Source of the DNA: Candidatus Omnitrophota bacterium
GTDB lineage: Bacteria; Ratteibacteria; UBA8468; MWAK01
DNA length: 64,000 bases
Assembly (NCBI GenBank): GCA_043797665.1
Contig: JAZDPL010000073.1
Location: forward strand, 32,001-96,000
Direction of reading: 5' to 3'
Made by a program: the position numbers and the translations under genes. The notes under the pieces were generated by a model, which was not told the DNA's origin, searched no databases, and saw nothing but the letters and a program-made list of their open reading frames with translations. How positions within the stretch are numbered: the first letter of the stretch is position 1; each line of letters opens with the position of its first letter. Positions 10,494 through 20,914 of the stretch are shown here, piece by piece.

Positions 10494-12599
10494 TCATATC
10501 TTACCCATTGCCTTAATGAGCCGGATGATGCCGTCGGTTATCCGGTCACGAAGTTCCTGGTATACACCATCTTTCCAGTAACCGTGGACATCGTAGTACT
10601 TAAGAGAACCCTGAACCGAATCCGCTATTTTATTTAGGTTTGTTTCCTCTTCCTCCGCCTGCCAAATAACCTTTTTGTCGCCGGATTTTTTACCTTCTTC
10701 AATCAGATTGGTCAGGGTCTGGATGTATCGGTAGTCGTTGATGCCCATCCGCGCCATCTCAAAGTTGAGCGTCCGGAGTTCATCCCGGGCAGATCCGTAA
10801 CCTTCAGGCAGGTAGCAGCCAAAACGATTTTGTGATTCTGCTAATATAAACGGCAGGACCGTTAAGTTAAGTTTAACCGTCATTTCATTCCCCTTTTGTA
10901 AAAGGGGTGTCTGCGTTAGCAGACGGGGTATTCCCCCTTCCTCAACGGATAAGCCTATCTTGCCGCGATAGATTCCCGGGGCGGTATCCTCTGGTATGCG
11001 TAAGGTAAACCAGATTTGTTTAGTCGCACCTTCATTAAGGTCAGTATCGACGTGCCTTATCGGTTCCACCACAAACGGAAGCAGAATGTACCTGGAAGAG
11101 GTGCTATGCAGAATAGTTTTTACCATTCCTGCTTCAATACGGTCTGCGCTGATTACCCCTTGTGAACCGGTCAAACCGCTTATTGTAACCTTCAACCGGT
11201 CCAGGTCTTTTAACGGGTAAACCCCCAGGGTAGCATTGGTTGTTTCTCCCGGTGTTGCTCGCACGGTCAGTTTATCTGTAATTTCGCTCCTTTTGGGAAT
11301 GGAGGTTTTAAAGATACGGACACCTAAGTCCCGGGTAAAAACAAGGAAACCCCGGTTCTTTTCCGGAATGGTTATATCGGTTAAAGGCGCTTCTTCGGGT
11401 GGTTTTACTTCTTCCAGGAGGGCTAATTTTTCCGGAGGCAGAAGATTAAAATCCTGTTCGTCTCTGGCAATCTGTTGTTCCGCCAATTTCCGGTCCTTTG
11501 CCGGATAAACCACCAGAGTGTTGGCTATCCAGTCCTTGCCTCGGAATCCTATGCGCAGGCAGCCGTCAGTAATTCTCACCCGTTCTCCCCCCTCGCCCAT
11601 TATCAGATGGACCTTATACTCACCGTCAAGGAGGTCCACCCGGAAGGTATGTTCAACAATATCCGGGTCATCGTAGGGTACGCCGAGGGTTCCTGTCCAG
11701 CCGTAGCCTTTTCTGGTGGTATAAGCGGTTTCAGGAGTAACCCGGCGGTAGCCGGATTTTAACGGGGACCCCTGGGGTCCAAAACTGAAGGCGTAACAGA
11801 AATCGTAGAGACGTTCGTCTGCCTCTAATTTCTTTTTAGCCACCTTTTCCTCTCTCTCCTTAAGGGCAGACTGAATTGCAAGGAGAAACGTCTCTTTTTG
11901 TTTCTGATAGTTTTCATCCGCAGTAAAGACCAACTTCCCAAACCGTTCCGGGTTCCGGAAGGGACCGACTAACCGGTTCCAGGTACTCAGTTCGCCAAAT
12001 TCTTTCTCCTGCCGGCAGAAATTTACCCTCCAGGTACCTTTTAATAAAGGATTACTGATGTCAACAAAAAGGTTACGGAAGGGAATAGCTATTTCTGCAG
12101 TCCAGGATTCTTTTCCCTTTGATACCGCATACTTAATCTGGTTGTCAAACTCCGCCCCTTCCTTTAACATTTCTTTTCTTGCCCGGAACTGCCCCACGGA
12201 ATCAAGCGCTAAATGGTAAAATAATTTTCCTTTTGGTTCGGTCATCAGAAAGACCTCAATGCAGTCATTGTTGAAAAAAATGTTTGGTTCCAGGCATTCA
12301 AAGGCTACGTATAGATTTTCCTTATCCCGTGCCAGCCGGACACCGGTCTGCTTGGTAGGCAGGGAAAAAACCGGGTGGTTGAGGATAAAGGGCTCTAACC
12401 TTTCCGCAGATTCCCAGAAAGGCTCGTCTACTTTGCCGTCAATCTCCGGGGTTCCCTGAAGGAGCGGAACATAGGCGGTCCGCAGACCATCGAGTACTTT
12501 TTCCGGGTTTGTGGCACCCCGGGCTATTTCAACCAGAATACCGCAGACTAAACCAATGACCAGTGCCCCCATCCCTAACTTTCTGAATATCATTTCCAT
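10494..12599 (-). CDS. Secreted CBM9-like / glycoside-hydrolase-associated protein, catalytic domain apparently absent
   Basis: Signal-like N-terminus, PEIDGKVDEPFW...NLYVAFEC...WTAEIAIPF (CBM9-like), IPEDTAPGIYRG, C-terminal MGINDYRYIQTL. Confidence 0.6.
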   Translation of the reverse strand: MEMIFRKLGMGALVIGLVCGILVEIARGATNPEKVLDGLRTAYVPLLQGTPEIDGKVDEPFWESAERLEPFILNHPVFSLPTKQTGVRLARDKENLYVAFECLEPNIFFNNDCIEVFLMTEPKGKLFYHLALDSVGQFRARKEMLKEGAEFDNQIKYAVSKGKESWTAEIAIPFRNLFVDISNPLLKGTWRVNFCRQEKEFGELSTWNRLVGPFRNPERFGKLVFTADENYQKQKETFLLAIQSALKEREEKVAKKKLEADERLYDFCYAFSFGPQGSPLKSGYRRVTPETAYTTRKGYGWTGTLGVPYDDPDIVEHTFRVDLLDGEYKVHLIMGEGGERVRITDGCLRIGFRGKDWIANTLVVYPAKDRKLAEQQIARDEQDFNLLPPEKLALLEEVKPPEEAPLTDITIPEKNRGFLVFTRDLGVRIFKTSIPKRSEITDKLTVRATPGETTNATLGVYPLKDLDRLKVTISGLTGSQGVISADRIEAGMVKTILHSTSSRYILLPFVVEPIRHVDTDLNEGATKQIWFTLRIPEDTAPGIYRGKIGLSVEEGGIPRLLTQTPLLQKGNEMTVKLNLTVLPFILAESQNRFGCYLPEGYGSARDELRTLNFEMARMGINDYRYIQTLTNLIEEGKKSGDKKVIWQAEEEETNLNKIADSVQGSLKYYDVHGYWKDGVYQELRDRITDGIIRLIKAMGKI

Positions 12600-12601
12600 A
12601 A

Positions 12602-12630
12602 ATTTTAGTAGGGTTATTTATTTGTGTCAA
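12602..12630 (-). promoter_or_regulatory. Sigma70-type promoter
   Basis: TTGACA-17 nt-TAAAAT on the minus strand, 8 nt before ATG 12593. Confidence 0.7.
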
Positions 12631-12662
12631 GTTCTTCTCCTCTACGAGGCTGATTGAGTAGG

Positions 12663-12695
12663 ATGTTGTAAAATTACAATGTAATATTACAACAT
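12663..12695. promoter_or_regulatory. 33-bp near-perfect palindrome (operator-like)
   Basis: ATGTTGTAAAATTACAATGTAATATTACAACAT. Confidence 0.55.
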
Positions 12696-12707
12696 AATAG
12701 GCAGAAT

Positions 12708-12797
12708 ACTGGTTCGCGGCCTTATCGGTTTGACGATGTCCATGTGTGGCCCATGGCAGACTTCGTTAAGGCGTTGTTTTCCGGGGAAGTCTTCTAA
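12708..12797 (+). pseudogene. C-terminal remnant resembling the end of an AAA_14/DUF4143 ATPase
   Basis: Hand translation TGSRPYRFDDVHVWPMADFVKALFSGEVF*; pattern parallels YGGQRTMREKEIEILPIEYFLKNL at the end of the intact ATPase at 27117-28256. Confidence 0.45.
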
Positions 12798-12832
12798 GGC
12801 AACTTTATTCTGTGACAACCCCTGACAGTGAG

Positions 12833-14104
12833 TCAAAGTACGATTTCAGATGGCAGAGGGTCATACCGGCAGTGTGGAACCGCTGGATTGCGGTGTCCGC
12901 CGGTCTTGTAGATACAGGGCGATTCCTGCGTTTCGAATCTCAGGACTACCGGCATAGTCGTATCGTACTTTTCCGGGAGATTGGACACAACCAGTTTTCC
13001 GCCGGTCTGAGTGAACGTATATTTTTCTCCGGTTTTCAGGTTGACCACCTTTTTCACGGTGCATTCCAATCCACAGATAGTGAGCCCGGAACCAGGCCAA
13101 CTGTGAATATGCAGATAAAACTGATTCCCGCGGGCCGAGAACCCCCCGTGAAAAGTCCAATCGGCTCTTTCGTTATCTCTTTCTCTTAAATTGTATTCGA
13201 ACCGGTCAGAATCATATATCGCTTCTCCGTTGACCTTAAGCCATGTACCCACGCGGTCAAGAATACCCACCGCGGGCTGCGGTATTGAGCCGTCTCCCTT
13301 AGGGGCCACGTTCAGGAGCAGGTTTCCCCTTCCCGCCGCTGCTTTCCGTAGCATTTCAGCGATTGTTTTCGGACTTTTCCAGTTGTGGTCACCTTTGTGA
13401 TAGCACCAGTTGTTGTTCATGGGCACACAGGCTTCCCACATTCCCAAAAATGAAGTTACATGCTGTTCCGGGGTGACGAAATCTCCTGGTATGCCGCACC
13501 GCCCGTTAAGCAGTATTCCCGGTTGCAGCGAGCGGGCCATGGCGTTTAGTTTTTCCGCCTGCCAGCCCTTTCCGTCGTAAGGCCACCATCCGTCATACCA
13601 CAGGATGTCCACCGGGCCATAGCCGATGAGGATTTCCCGGCACTGGCCATGCACGTAATCAATAAATGGCTGGTAACATTCCCCCGGCCTTTCCAGGGCG
13701 TCTACCGCATTGGGAGAAGTGCTCCAATCGTTCAGGGAGAAGTATAGTCCTATCTTCACGCCGTGTTTGCGGCAGGCTGCGACGAATTCAGCCGTCAGGT
13801 CCCTTTTGGCCGGGCAGTTGGTAACCTTAAAATCCGTCAGTTTGGAATCATACAGGCAGAACCCGTCATGATGTTTTGTGGTAAAAGTGGCATATTTCAT
13901 TCCCCAGTCATTTTTTGCTTTGCCGATGAGGGCATCAAAATTACACTCCTCGGCGCTAAAATAACCCGCCAGCTTGGCATATTCGGCCACGGGAATCTCT
14001 TCTCTGTTCATAACCCACTCGCCTCGCTCGAGGAGCGAGTAGAGTCCGTACTGGAACAACATTCCGTAGCGTGCGTTTCGGAACCATTTCAGATTAGTTT
14101 CCAT
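12833..14104 (-). CDS. Alpha-L-fucosidase (GH29)
   Basis: WFRNARYGML, TTKHHDGFCLY, ILWYDG, TPEQ, GNLLLNVAPKGDG. Confidence 0.9.
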   Translation of the reverse strand: METNLKWFRNARYGMLFQYGLYSLLERGEWVMNREEIPVAEYAKLAGYFSAEECNFDALIGKAKNDWGMKYATFTTKHHDGFCLYDSKLTDFKVTNCPAKRDLTAEFVAACRKHGVKIGLYFSLNDWSTSPNAVDALERPGECYQPFIDYVHGQCREILIGYGPVDILWYDGWWPYDGKGWQAEKLNAMARSLQPGILLNGRCGIPGDFVTPEQHVTSFLGMWEACVPMNNNWCYHKGDHNWKSPKTIAEMLRKAAAGRGNLLLNVAPKGDGSIPQPAVGILDRVGTWLKVNGEAIYDSDRFEYNLRERDNERADWTFHGGFSARGNQFYLHIHSWPGSGLTICGLECTVKKVVNLKTGEKYTFTQTGGKLVVSNLPEKYDTTMPVVLRFETQESPCIYKTGGHRNPAVPHCRYDPLPSEIVL

Positions 14105-14338
14105 AGTGCTCTCCCTTAAAACTTCGAAAAATCTGAGGTGGGGCGACCTTTATGTTGTTCGATAAATTTCCAGAAATTCTGTTGGTGACACGGGGGTCTT
14201 TTTTTGTCACTCAGATGATATTACAACTATCACTCAATTGTCAACCAATGATAGATTGCGACACGGGCTTGTCTTTTACCCCGAAGGAGACTTTCCTTTT
14301 TGACAAGGGTCGGTTTAATGTCAGACAATATCTTAAGG

Positions 14339-14465
14339 ATGGGAGTAAAAATTCCGGAGGTGGAGAGTTTTTTCGGCTACCTTTTGACCGAGCGGGGTCT
14401 GAGCCAGAATACAATTTCCGCATACCAACGGGATATAAATAAGTTTAATTCCTTCCTGGAGAAGA
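14339..14465 (+). pseudogene. xerD: Duplicated 5' end of xerD (about 42 codons)
   Basis: 14342-14465 matches 26134-26257 with 7 mismatches in 124 nt; preceded by TTGACA(14300)-18 nt-GACAAT. Confidence 0.9.
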
Positions 14466-14488
14466 GCGGCACGTCAGCACAAACCGAT

Positions 14489-16732
14489 TCATTCCACGGC
14501 CAGATTACCCGGATAGCCAGACACCTCGTAGAAGCGTCTGGTCCAAGCAAAGACGCCTGATAGGTCAAGGCCACTACCTGAAACCATTTCTCCACTTGCC
14601 CACATGGGTTCGGTGATTGTCAGAGGTCGTGGGCATACCAACGCTGCCAGTTGAGGAATGTCCGCATACTTCAGTATGTTGGGGATACAAGGTACCATAC
14701 TGCCGTATCCAGTGCGTGTGGGGGTTGGTTTACCATATTCATACGGTTCACCATACCCATTGGCTGAATAGTAAGACGCCAGAAGACCGTTTACTTCAAC
14801 AGTTTTTATACTCTGGCTCTGGCTTGCGGCAAGGATGGCCACAAGCCCGGTTTCACGCTCGCCTCTGACCGTCACGTCCACAGCAGTTCCGGTGATCTTG
14901 GACGCAATACTGACCACTGCCAGTAGATCATTCATCCACCATCCAGCTACCGTTTCCCCTAATTTCAACGCGCCCATACACAGCGCCCGTTCTCGGAGAC
15001 CAACGTAGGATTCATGGATAGCCGACCAGGAACCCATCCCCCGGAGATCGGCGCAAACAACCCAATATCCTTTATTGGTCAGTTGCATTCGTTCCACTGA
15101 GTTCGCGGTGGCAATCACGCCCTGAGGATGAAGCAACACATAGAGACGACCGTTTGGGGGTATGCCCGGTGAAGGTCGAAACACCAGGATATGCGTAATT
15201 GCGCCCGGTTCTGCTTCAACGGCATACTTGGACGCCACGACCCCTGCATCGAGTGTAATCTCGCCTTCCCGCGAGAACTTCGCATCTCCCTGAAATGCCC
15301 GAACTCCAAGGAGATTGTTTATATCGTCTTTCAGTTTTGCGCCTAGACGCTGTGCGTCTTCCGGATTTGCCGGCGGCTTCGGAAGTTTGGCGACCAAAGC
15401 AGAGGTTTCTTTCTGCGTGTAGGCCGTCGGGCCAAGCAGATCAGCGGGTCGGTTGCCATCCGGCCAAAACTGGAGCGTTAACTGAGCTTTTTTCACATCC
15501 TGAATGGGTGACAGCGGTTGCTCGGGAATCGGTGAGGCGGTGTCTCTTTCCATCAGAAAATGTGCAAACCACCCGTAGGCAAGCTCACGATACTGCCTGG
15601 CATCGCCATGAGGTCCCTCAACCTTGATTTCCTTGAAACGATCGGAAGCCTTCTTCAATCCGTAGATTTCCCTTGCATACGGATAGAGCTGGGCCATCTG
15701 TTCGTTAGTCAAGGAATATTTCGTCACGGTTTTGTCCCCCCAAGCAACGCCCTCGCTGTATAGTAAGAATTTTTCTTCCGCCAGCGGAACTTCCAGGGGG
15801 GACGGGTAGATTACCAGCAGCGGCCGTGGAGCAATGAGCCCGCGGATGATTTCGGCATCGGCCACATTGAAGAGTCCCACCATCAAATCACACAGACAGT
15901 GTTGAAACAACCCATATTTGGGTTCGGTGAGAGTGGCCGCGGACACAGGTACAGCCGCCTTTACTCGAGTATCGATTGCTGTAAGCCACAAAGTATGCGT
16001 TCCTCCCATCGATCCACCCATTACAACCACCTGATCGCGGTTGACGTCGCTCCGTGAACAGAGGTAGCTCAAGTCGACCGTGTAGCTGGCCATGATGATC
16101 CCGAGGAGACTCTTCCCGGTCGTCAGGAGATATGCCATCGAGGCGCAGCCATGATACTCGTACTTCAAAGGCACGTCCGTTAATTCGGTCTGACCGAAAG
16201 GCTCCACGAGCACGGCGATATATCCCTGCTTGGCAAATCCGAGTGCTCGCTTTTGCAGCACGGGGTCAAAAGCCGGGTCGCCATGCCCCGGCAGATAGAA
16301 CACGGCGGGATGACGTTCCTTTCCGTCAACAGGCTTATAGATCCAAAGTGTTGAATAGACCCCGGGCAGTATCTTCAGCAGTCGCATCTCGACGGGAATT
16401 CCATCGACGGTTACTTCACGGACCAGGGTGACTTCATGATTCCCTGCCACAGTCGGCATTAAGTAGGTGGTTTTCAGCGATTCTCGTATTTTCTCGGTTT
16501 TCTGCAGAAACATATCTGGAGGGATGCTTTTCCGCAGACCTTCCACCTTCGCTCTTGCACGCTGGTAGAAGTATTGCACTATTTCATGATCCGTTTGCTG
16601 TTGTTCATGCCACTGCGATCTTGGAAAGTCCTGGGAGTAACACATCTCAGATTGAAGCACCATGCCCAACGCCATGGCAATTGCATATGGAGTATTAGCC
16701 TTTAATCTACAGATTGAATTGAAGATTTTCAT
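14489..16732 (-). CDS. Secreted two-domain alpha/beta hydrolase (acetylxylan esterase-like)
   Basis: PAVFYLPGHG, nucleophile elbow GGSMGG, IAPRPLL; degenerate second domain (ADLRGMG, LVCPRPL). Confidence 0.75.
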   Translation of the reverse strand: MKIFNSICRLKANTPYAIAMALGMVLQSEMCYSQDFPRSQWHEQQQTDHEIVQYFYQRARAKVEGLRKSIPPDMFLQKTEKIRESLKTTYLMPTVAGNHEVTLVREVTVDGIPVEMRLLKILPGVYSTLWIYKPVDGKERHPAVFYLPGHGDPAFDPVLQKRALGFAKQGYIAVLVEPFGQTELTDVPLKYEYHGCASMAYLLTTGKSLLGIIMASYTVDLSYLCSRSDVNRDQVVVMGGSMGGTHTLWLTAIDTRVKAAVPVSAATLTEPKYGLFQHCLCDLMVGLFNVADAEIIRGLIAPRPLLVIYPSPLEVPLAEEKFLLYSEGVAWGDKTVTKYSLTNEQMAQLYPYAREIYGLKKASDRFKEIKVEGPHGDARQYRELAYGWFAHFLMERDTASPIPEQPLSPIQDVKKAQLTLQFWPDGNRPADLLGPTAYTQKETSALVAKLPKPPANPEDAQRLGAKLKDDINNLLGVRAFQGDAKFSREGEITLDAGVVASKYAVEAEPGAITHILVFRPSPGIPPNGRLYVLLHPQGVIATANSVERMQLTNKGYWVVCADLRGMGSWSAIHESYVGLRERALCMGALKLGETVAGWWMNDLLAVVSIASKITGTAVDVTVRGERETGLVAILAASQSQSIKTVEVNGLLASYYSANGYGEPYEYGKPTPTRTGYGSMVPCIPNILKYADIPQLAALVCPRPLTITEPMWASGEMVSGSGLDLSGVFAWTRRFYEVSGYPGNLAVE

Positions 16733-16762
16733 TGGAATCCTCCTTCTGACATTGGCTCACCG

Positions 16763-17680
16763 CTACTTGCTGCTGTAATTTGGGCTATCCGAAAACACAA
16801 TTTCCCCGTATCGCCACAATTGATGATCATCCAAAACGCCAATAATCGGCCAGGTCCAGTAAATAACGGCTGACCTGTCGGTTTCCGGCTTGTCAAGCCT
16901 TGAGCGATATTCCCATCCGGTGTGAATAGCCCACTTATCACCCGGTTTGGGAGGAATAGAACCCCTGGTAAATTGTTTTAAAGCACTAAAAGGAACTGCA
17001 AGTTCCGCGGACCATCCCACATCAGTATCTGAGGGGTCATTCAGGGTTCCATAAACACAAACTGCATGTTGAAGACCTTCACAGTCCCAACCCAGATGCA
17101 GGTTGTTCTTTCCGCAATCAAGATTCTGGAATTCCCTTGAGTTGGATCCTTGCTCAAACCACCAGTCATTCACATTGTTTAGTGCGTTAATGTGGAACTC
17201 CTCATAGTTCCTGCCGTCTGCATCCGGATCTATGAAAGCCATAAACAATGGATCATGAAGCATAATAAGCGGCAGTCCAGCGAATGACGGACCTATATCT
17301 ACCCCATTCGAACGTTTTTTTAACGGCAGTTCTTCAGGCAGACGCGCTGCATCCCTGTCTACAGAGGCTGCGACATCCGGATCTCCTCCCCAAAATGCTA
17401 TGTACAGATATTTGTCATCCCAAACTACTTTACAATAACAATCAAACCATGGTGGCCCTCCAGAGACTAATTCTCCGAATTGCATTCGGGGAATATCTTT
17501 CCAGAATGCCTCGGATAGTTTTCCATCAACTGTCACTGCTGTAGAAATTCTATAACAGGTATAGGTTGGAGGGGGTGCATCATGAGGCCCTTTAGCCGAT
17601 ACATCGTTTAACGATAGCGCTAAAAACATCAAACTACCTGCGAGGATCTTGCTGAGTTTTGTTTTCATGATAGCCATCAT
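16763..17680 (-). CDS. Secreted CBM9-like domain protein
   Basis: Signal peptide, VDGKLSEAFW, WDDKYLYIAF, YEEFHINALN, WSAELAVPF; start at ATG 17680 after an AGGAG RBS. Confidence 0.75.
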   Translation of the reverse strand: MMAIMKTKLSKILAGSLMFLALSLNDVSAKGPHDAPPPTYTCYRISTAVTVDGKLSEAFWKDIPRMQFGELVSGGPPWFDCYCKVVWDDKYLYIAFWGGDPDVAASVDRDAARLPEELPLKKRSNGVDIGPSFAGLPLIMLHDPLFMAFIDPDADGRNYEEFHINALNNVNDWWFEQGSNSREFQNLDCGKNNLHLGWDCEGLQHAVCVYGTLNDPSDTDVGWSAELAVPFSALKQFTRGSIPPKPGDKWAIHTGWEYRSRLDKPETDRSAVIYWTWPIIGVLDDHQLWRYGEIVFSDSPNYSSK

Positions 17681-17684
17681 TTCT

Positions 17685-17731
17685 AATCTCCTTTCTTCCC
17701 CCTCTGCAAAAGGGGAATACAGAGGGGAATT
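17685..17731. repeat. AATCCCCC...CCCCTTTG.AAAAGGGG...GGGGATT palindromic repeat
   Basis: Related copies at 10888-10932, 21693-21734 and 61980-62024. Confidence 0.7.
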
Positions 17732-17769
17732 GGCAATCAATCTCCCTTATAATAGGGTCGATGTTTATC

Positions 17770-18342
17770 CTACTGTTCTTGTATTTGGATAGATTCGATT
17801 TCTTGCGCACCCAGATAGATTCGATCGATCAGAATCTTAGAGGCTGCGCCGTCCTCGATGCCGCAAAACCAGACAAAGGATTGGCCTTCCGCCTTAATCG
17901 TTCCGATCGCGTAAGTCTTCCAACCGGCAGGGACTTTTTTAACTGAAACGTAATTACGCATCAGTTCTATTTTTGAATCTACGTCGTAGATGCCACAACA
18001 GAAAGCGTCGCCCGCATCTTTTGCTTTAATCACCTTAACGACCGCATAAACACGATAACTCTCCCCCCGTGAAAGAAGATTGATCGGAATGGGGCACTGT
18101 ATCGCCCATTCCGGTGTGGTGCCTAAAAGCCAGGCATAACTTCCGGATGGTGCATCTTTATCAACCATCCTGCCGCTAAGATCCCCTTCCTTATAGATGG
18201 TGAAGTCCGCATTCTGGAAATTAACCACGCTGGATGCCGGAAGTCCCTCTGTGCGCTCCAGAGGAACTTCCGCAGCACGCACATTCGGGGATGTCAACAT
18301 AAAAACCGCCAATACACCCACAATAACCGATAACCTTTTCAT
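17770..18342 (-). CDS. Secreted hypothetical protein (possible beta-sandwich)
   Basis: GGGAGG RBS, signal peptide ending VRA, aromatic-rich, C-terminal ILIDRIYL. Confidence 0.65.
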   Translation of the reverse strand: MKRLSVIVGVLAVFMLTSPNVRAAEVPLERTEGLPASSVVNFQNADFTIYKEGDLSGRMVDKDAPSGSYAWLLGTTPEWAIQCPIPINLLSRGESYRVYAVVKVIKAKDAGDAFCCGIYDVDSKIELMRNYVSVKKVPAGWKTYAIGTIKAEGQSFVWFCGIEDGAASKILIDRIYLGAQEIESIQIQEQ

Positions 18343-18466
18343 ATACCCTCCCCTTTATCTCAAACGACGTATAACGGTAATTATCTTTTTAGAAGAAAAA
18401 ATAATAACCACGATACCCTGGCTTTCCGCGGGAAACGGAATTCGGCGACGCCGGACCAATTCGTCT

Positions 18467-18973
18467 TCAATCCTTTTGGCTCGCCTTTTCCCTGGCAACT
18501 TCCAGAAGCGCAAGGATGTTCTCCAGCATCACCGGGTTTTTCTCGATGACTCGGTTCAGAAGCCCCCTGGCAAAATCCTTTTGCCCTGCCATGTCTGCCA
18601 GAAAATTTTCGATACCCCGGGCGTAATAAGCTTTTTCGAAATGACTTTTATAGATACGAACCAGAAAATACTTGTCCGAAGTTTCCCGCGATTTCTTGAG
18701 CGCATCGATAAATTCGGAATAGCTGCCGAAACCGATGACCGTCGCCCGGGATGTTGGGACGTCAGTCCCGGTCCAGTCGCTTGCCAGTTGGTGCCAGTCC
18801 CACCACGGATAGACGAAATCTTTTACGTCGTTGTCAAAAAATTCCTCGGCGGTTTTATCCGCAACGACTTTTCCTATCGCCTCCCAGACATCGGGACAGA
18901 GGTCAATTGCGTATGGAACCCGTTCTGTGCTCCGGTGTCGTATTGCTTCCTTAACCAGCTCTCGACTTTTCAT
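18467..18973 (-). pseudogene. Truncated uroporphyrinogen-decarboxylase-family gene
   Basis: MKSRELVKEAIRHRSTERVP and FEKAYYARGIENFLADM match the URO-D family N-half; ends well short of the length of the intact family member at 46886. Confidence 0.6.
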
Positions 18974-19090
18974 GGATGAATTTTGTTCCGTCATAAATCC
19001 CTTACTATTCACTCTGACATCCTCCGTCTTGCCCATCAAAAGGGAATATTTTAGCCTAATATCTGCCTTGTTTGTTATATTTTACTCTGA

Positions 19091-20845
19091 TCACACCGGC
19101 TCGGGAAAACACGCGGTCTTTTGCGCCCGCTGTCCCTTGGCGAACAGGTGTTCCCAGCGGAAGAAGATGCCCCAGCCCGTGCCGTGACTCAGATCGAAGA
19201 CGATGACAACGTCGTGCGTTCCGCGGCCGAGTTTGACTTCAGCCTTGGATCGCCACGGATTTGTGGGGTTGAAAGACTCCGGCTCGACAATCATGGACCG
19301 GCCATCCACGAACACGCGCACACCGCCATCATGGCCTACATGCATCTTCCAGGTGCCTGCCTGCGTTACCTTGAATCGGTTAGCCAGATACACGTACCCA
19401 TCCGTATTCCCCACCCGCGAGTGGGTATTGACGAAGCCGTCCTGCTCGGCGCCGATGCCGCTCCATCCCAGCGACTCGTCAAGCGTGACGGCTTTGGCCT
19501 GGGCCGTTGTCCATCCCACGGTCTTGGGGAAAATCTGTGACAGGGACCAAGCCCCGACATAAGGAGACAGCAACGCGACCGGCTCTAACGGCAACGGCAG
19601 GTATTCACAGGTGCCTCCCAGTTGTTGGAACGGCGTCCCTTTAAATTCCAGTTTTATCAGCGTTATGCCGGCCACAGGATCCGGGCACTTTTCCGGCAGT
19701 CCCATGAAGACAATCCGGTCCCGCTCCTGACGAAAGGCCACCGTTCGGTCCGAGGCTACCCACGAGACCTTCTTTAGTTCTCCACGCATGCCGCCGATCG
19801 CGAATTCTTTTCCTGGCCACTGCGCGATCCAAAAATAATAGGCCGATCCTTTGCGTGACCAACCACACGTGGGGAAGGAAATCGGCATCACCCGGAACTT
19901 ATCGGACATACAGTCCGTCTTCCCGTAGACTACAGCGCCATAGGTCTTGAGCCAGTGTCCCACAGCCTTCAACCGCGTCACCGCTTCCACGGGAATCGTG
20001 CCGTCCGGCTTCGGTCCGACGTTCAACAGCAGGTTCCCGCCGCTGGCCGCGCAGGTGCTCAGCATTCCGATGACTTGGCGTACCGGCAACCAGTCTTCTT
20101 CCGGCGTCGGCATCCAGCCCCACGAACCGTTAAAGGTCATGCAGGCTTCCCAATCGCGACCAGACGGTGTGATGTGTTCTTCGGGCGTACTGAAATCCTC
20201 TGGTAAGTTCGAGCGGTCGTTAATCAGGATGTGTGGTTGGAGCCGGCGCACCATGGCCACAAGCCGCTCGCTCTTCCAGCGCTCGGGGGGCCCCAACGGC
20301 ATCGGCGCATCGAACCACAGAATATCAATCTTGCCGTATTCGATCATCAACTCACGAACGCAAGCGTAAGTGAATTCAATGAACCGGCGACGGGCCGCCT
20401 CGTCTCTCGCGCAGCGCGTACCATCGGGATGATGCCAATCCGCCAGACAGTAATACAGGCCCACACGCAGTCCGGATTCGCGGCAGGCATCAATATATTC
20501 TCGTACCAGATCGCGCCGGGGCCCGCGACGAACCGCATTGTAGTCCGTCTGTTGCGTGTCCCACAGGCAGAAGCCTTCAAGATGTTTGGTGGTCATGACC
20601 ATGTACTTCATGCCCGCCTCTCGGGCCAGCCGGGCCCAGGCCCGAGACGCATGGGGTTTGGGACGCCACGTGTCCGCGTATCGCTCGTAATCCGCCAAAG
20701 GGATTCGTTCATTGCACATCACCCATTCGTGCCGGGCGATTTGCGAATAGAGCCCCCAATGTATGAACATGCCGAAGCGGGCTTCGCGCCACCATCGCAT
20801 GCGCCGGTCTCTATCGTGGCTCGCCGAACTCTGCGTTGAACTCAT
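19091..20845 (-). CDS. Alpha-L-fucosidase (GH29) with an extra C-terminal beta domain
   Basis: WWREARFGMFIHWGLYS, TTKHLEGFCLWDT, ILWFD, GNLLLNVGP; C-terminal GHDGGVRVFVDG; visibly more GC-rich than its neighbours. Confidence 0.88.
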   Translation of the reverse strand: MSSTQSSASHDRDRRMRWWREARFGMFIHWGLYSQIARHEWVMCNERIPLADYERYADTWRPKPHASRAWARLAREAGMKYMVMTTKHLEGFCLWDTQQTDYNAVRRGPRRDLVREYIDACRESGLRVGLYYCLADWHHPDGTRCARDEAARRRFIEFTYACVRELMIEYGKIDILWFDAPMPLGPPERWKSERLVAMVRRLQPHILINDRSNLPEDFSTPEEHITPSGRDWEACMTFNGSWGWMPTPEEDWLPVRQVIGMLSTCAASGGNLLLNVGPKPDGTIPVEAVTRLKAVGHWLKTYGAVVYGKTDCMSDKFRVMPISFPTCGWSRKGSAYYFWIAQWPGKEFAIGGMRGELKKVSWVASDRTVAFRQERDRIVFMGLPEKCPDPVAGITLIKLEFKGTPFQQLGGTCEYLPLPLEPVALLSPYVGAWSLSQIFPKTVGWTTAQAKAVTLDESLGWSGIGAEQDGFVNTHSRVGNTDGYVYLANRFKVTQAGTWKMHVGHDGGVRVFVDGRSMIVEPESFNPTNPWRSKAEVKLGRGTHDVVIVFDLSHGTGWGIFFRWEHLFAKGQRAQKTACFPEPV

Positions 20846-20914
20846 TTAGACATTCTCCATAAAATACTGTGGCTCCACTTTCTCAAGCCAATTTATGCAG
20901 TAACTTAGCTGACT

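Noticed and set aside
14300..14560. 86-aa ORF as an independent gene
   Set aside because: It is the xerD 5' fragment running into the antisense strand of the esterase gene.
18197..18979. 260-aa plus-strand ORF
   Set aside because: Antisense shadow of the URO-D remnant and the secreted protein; no motif.
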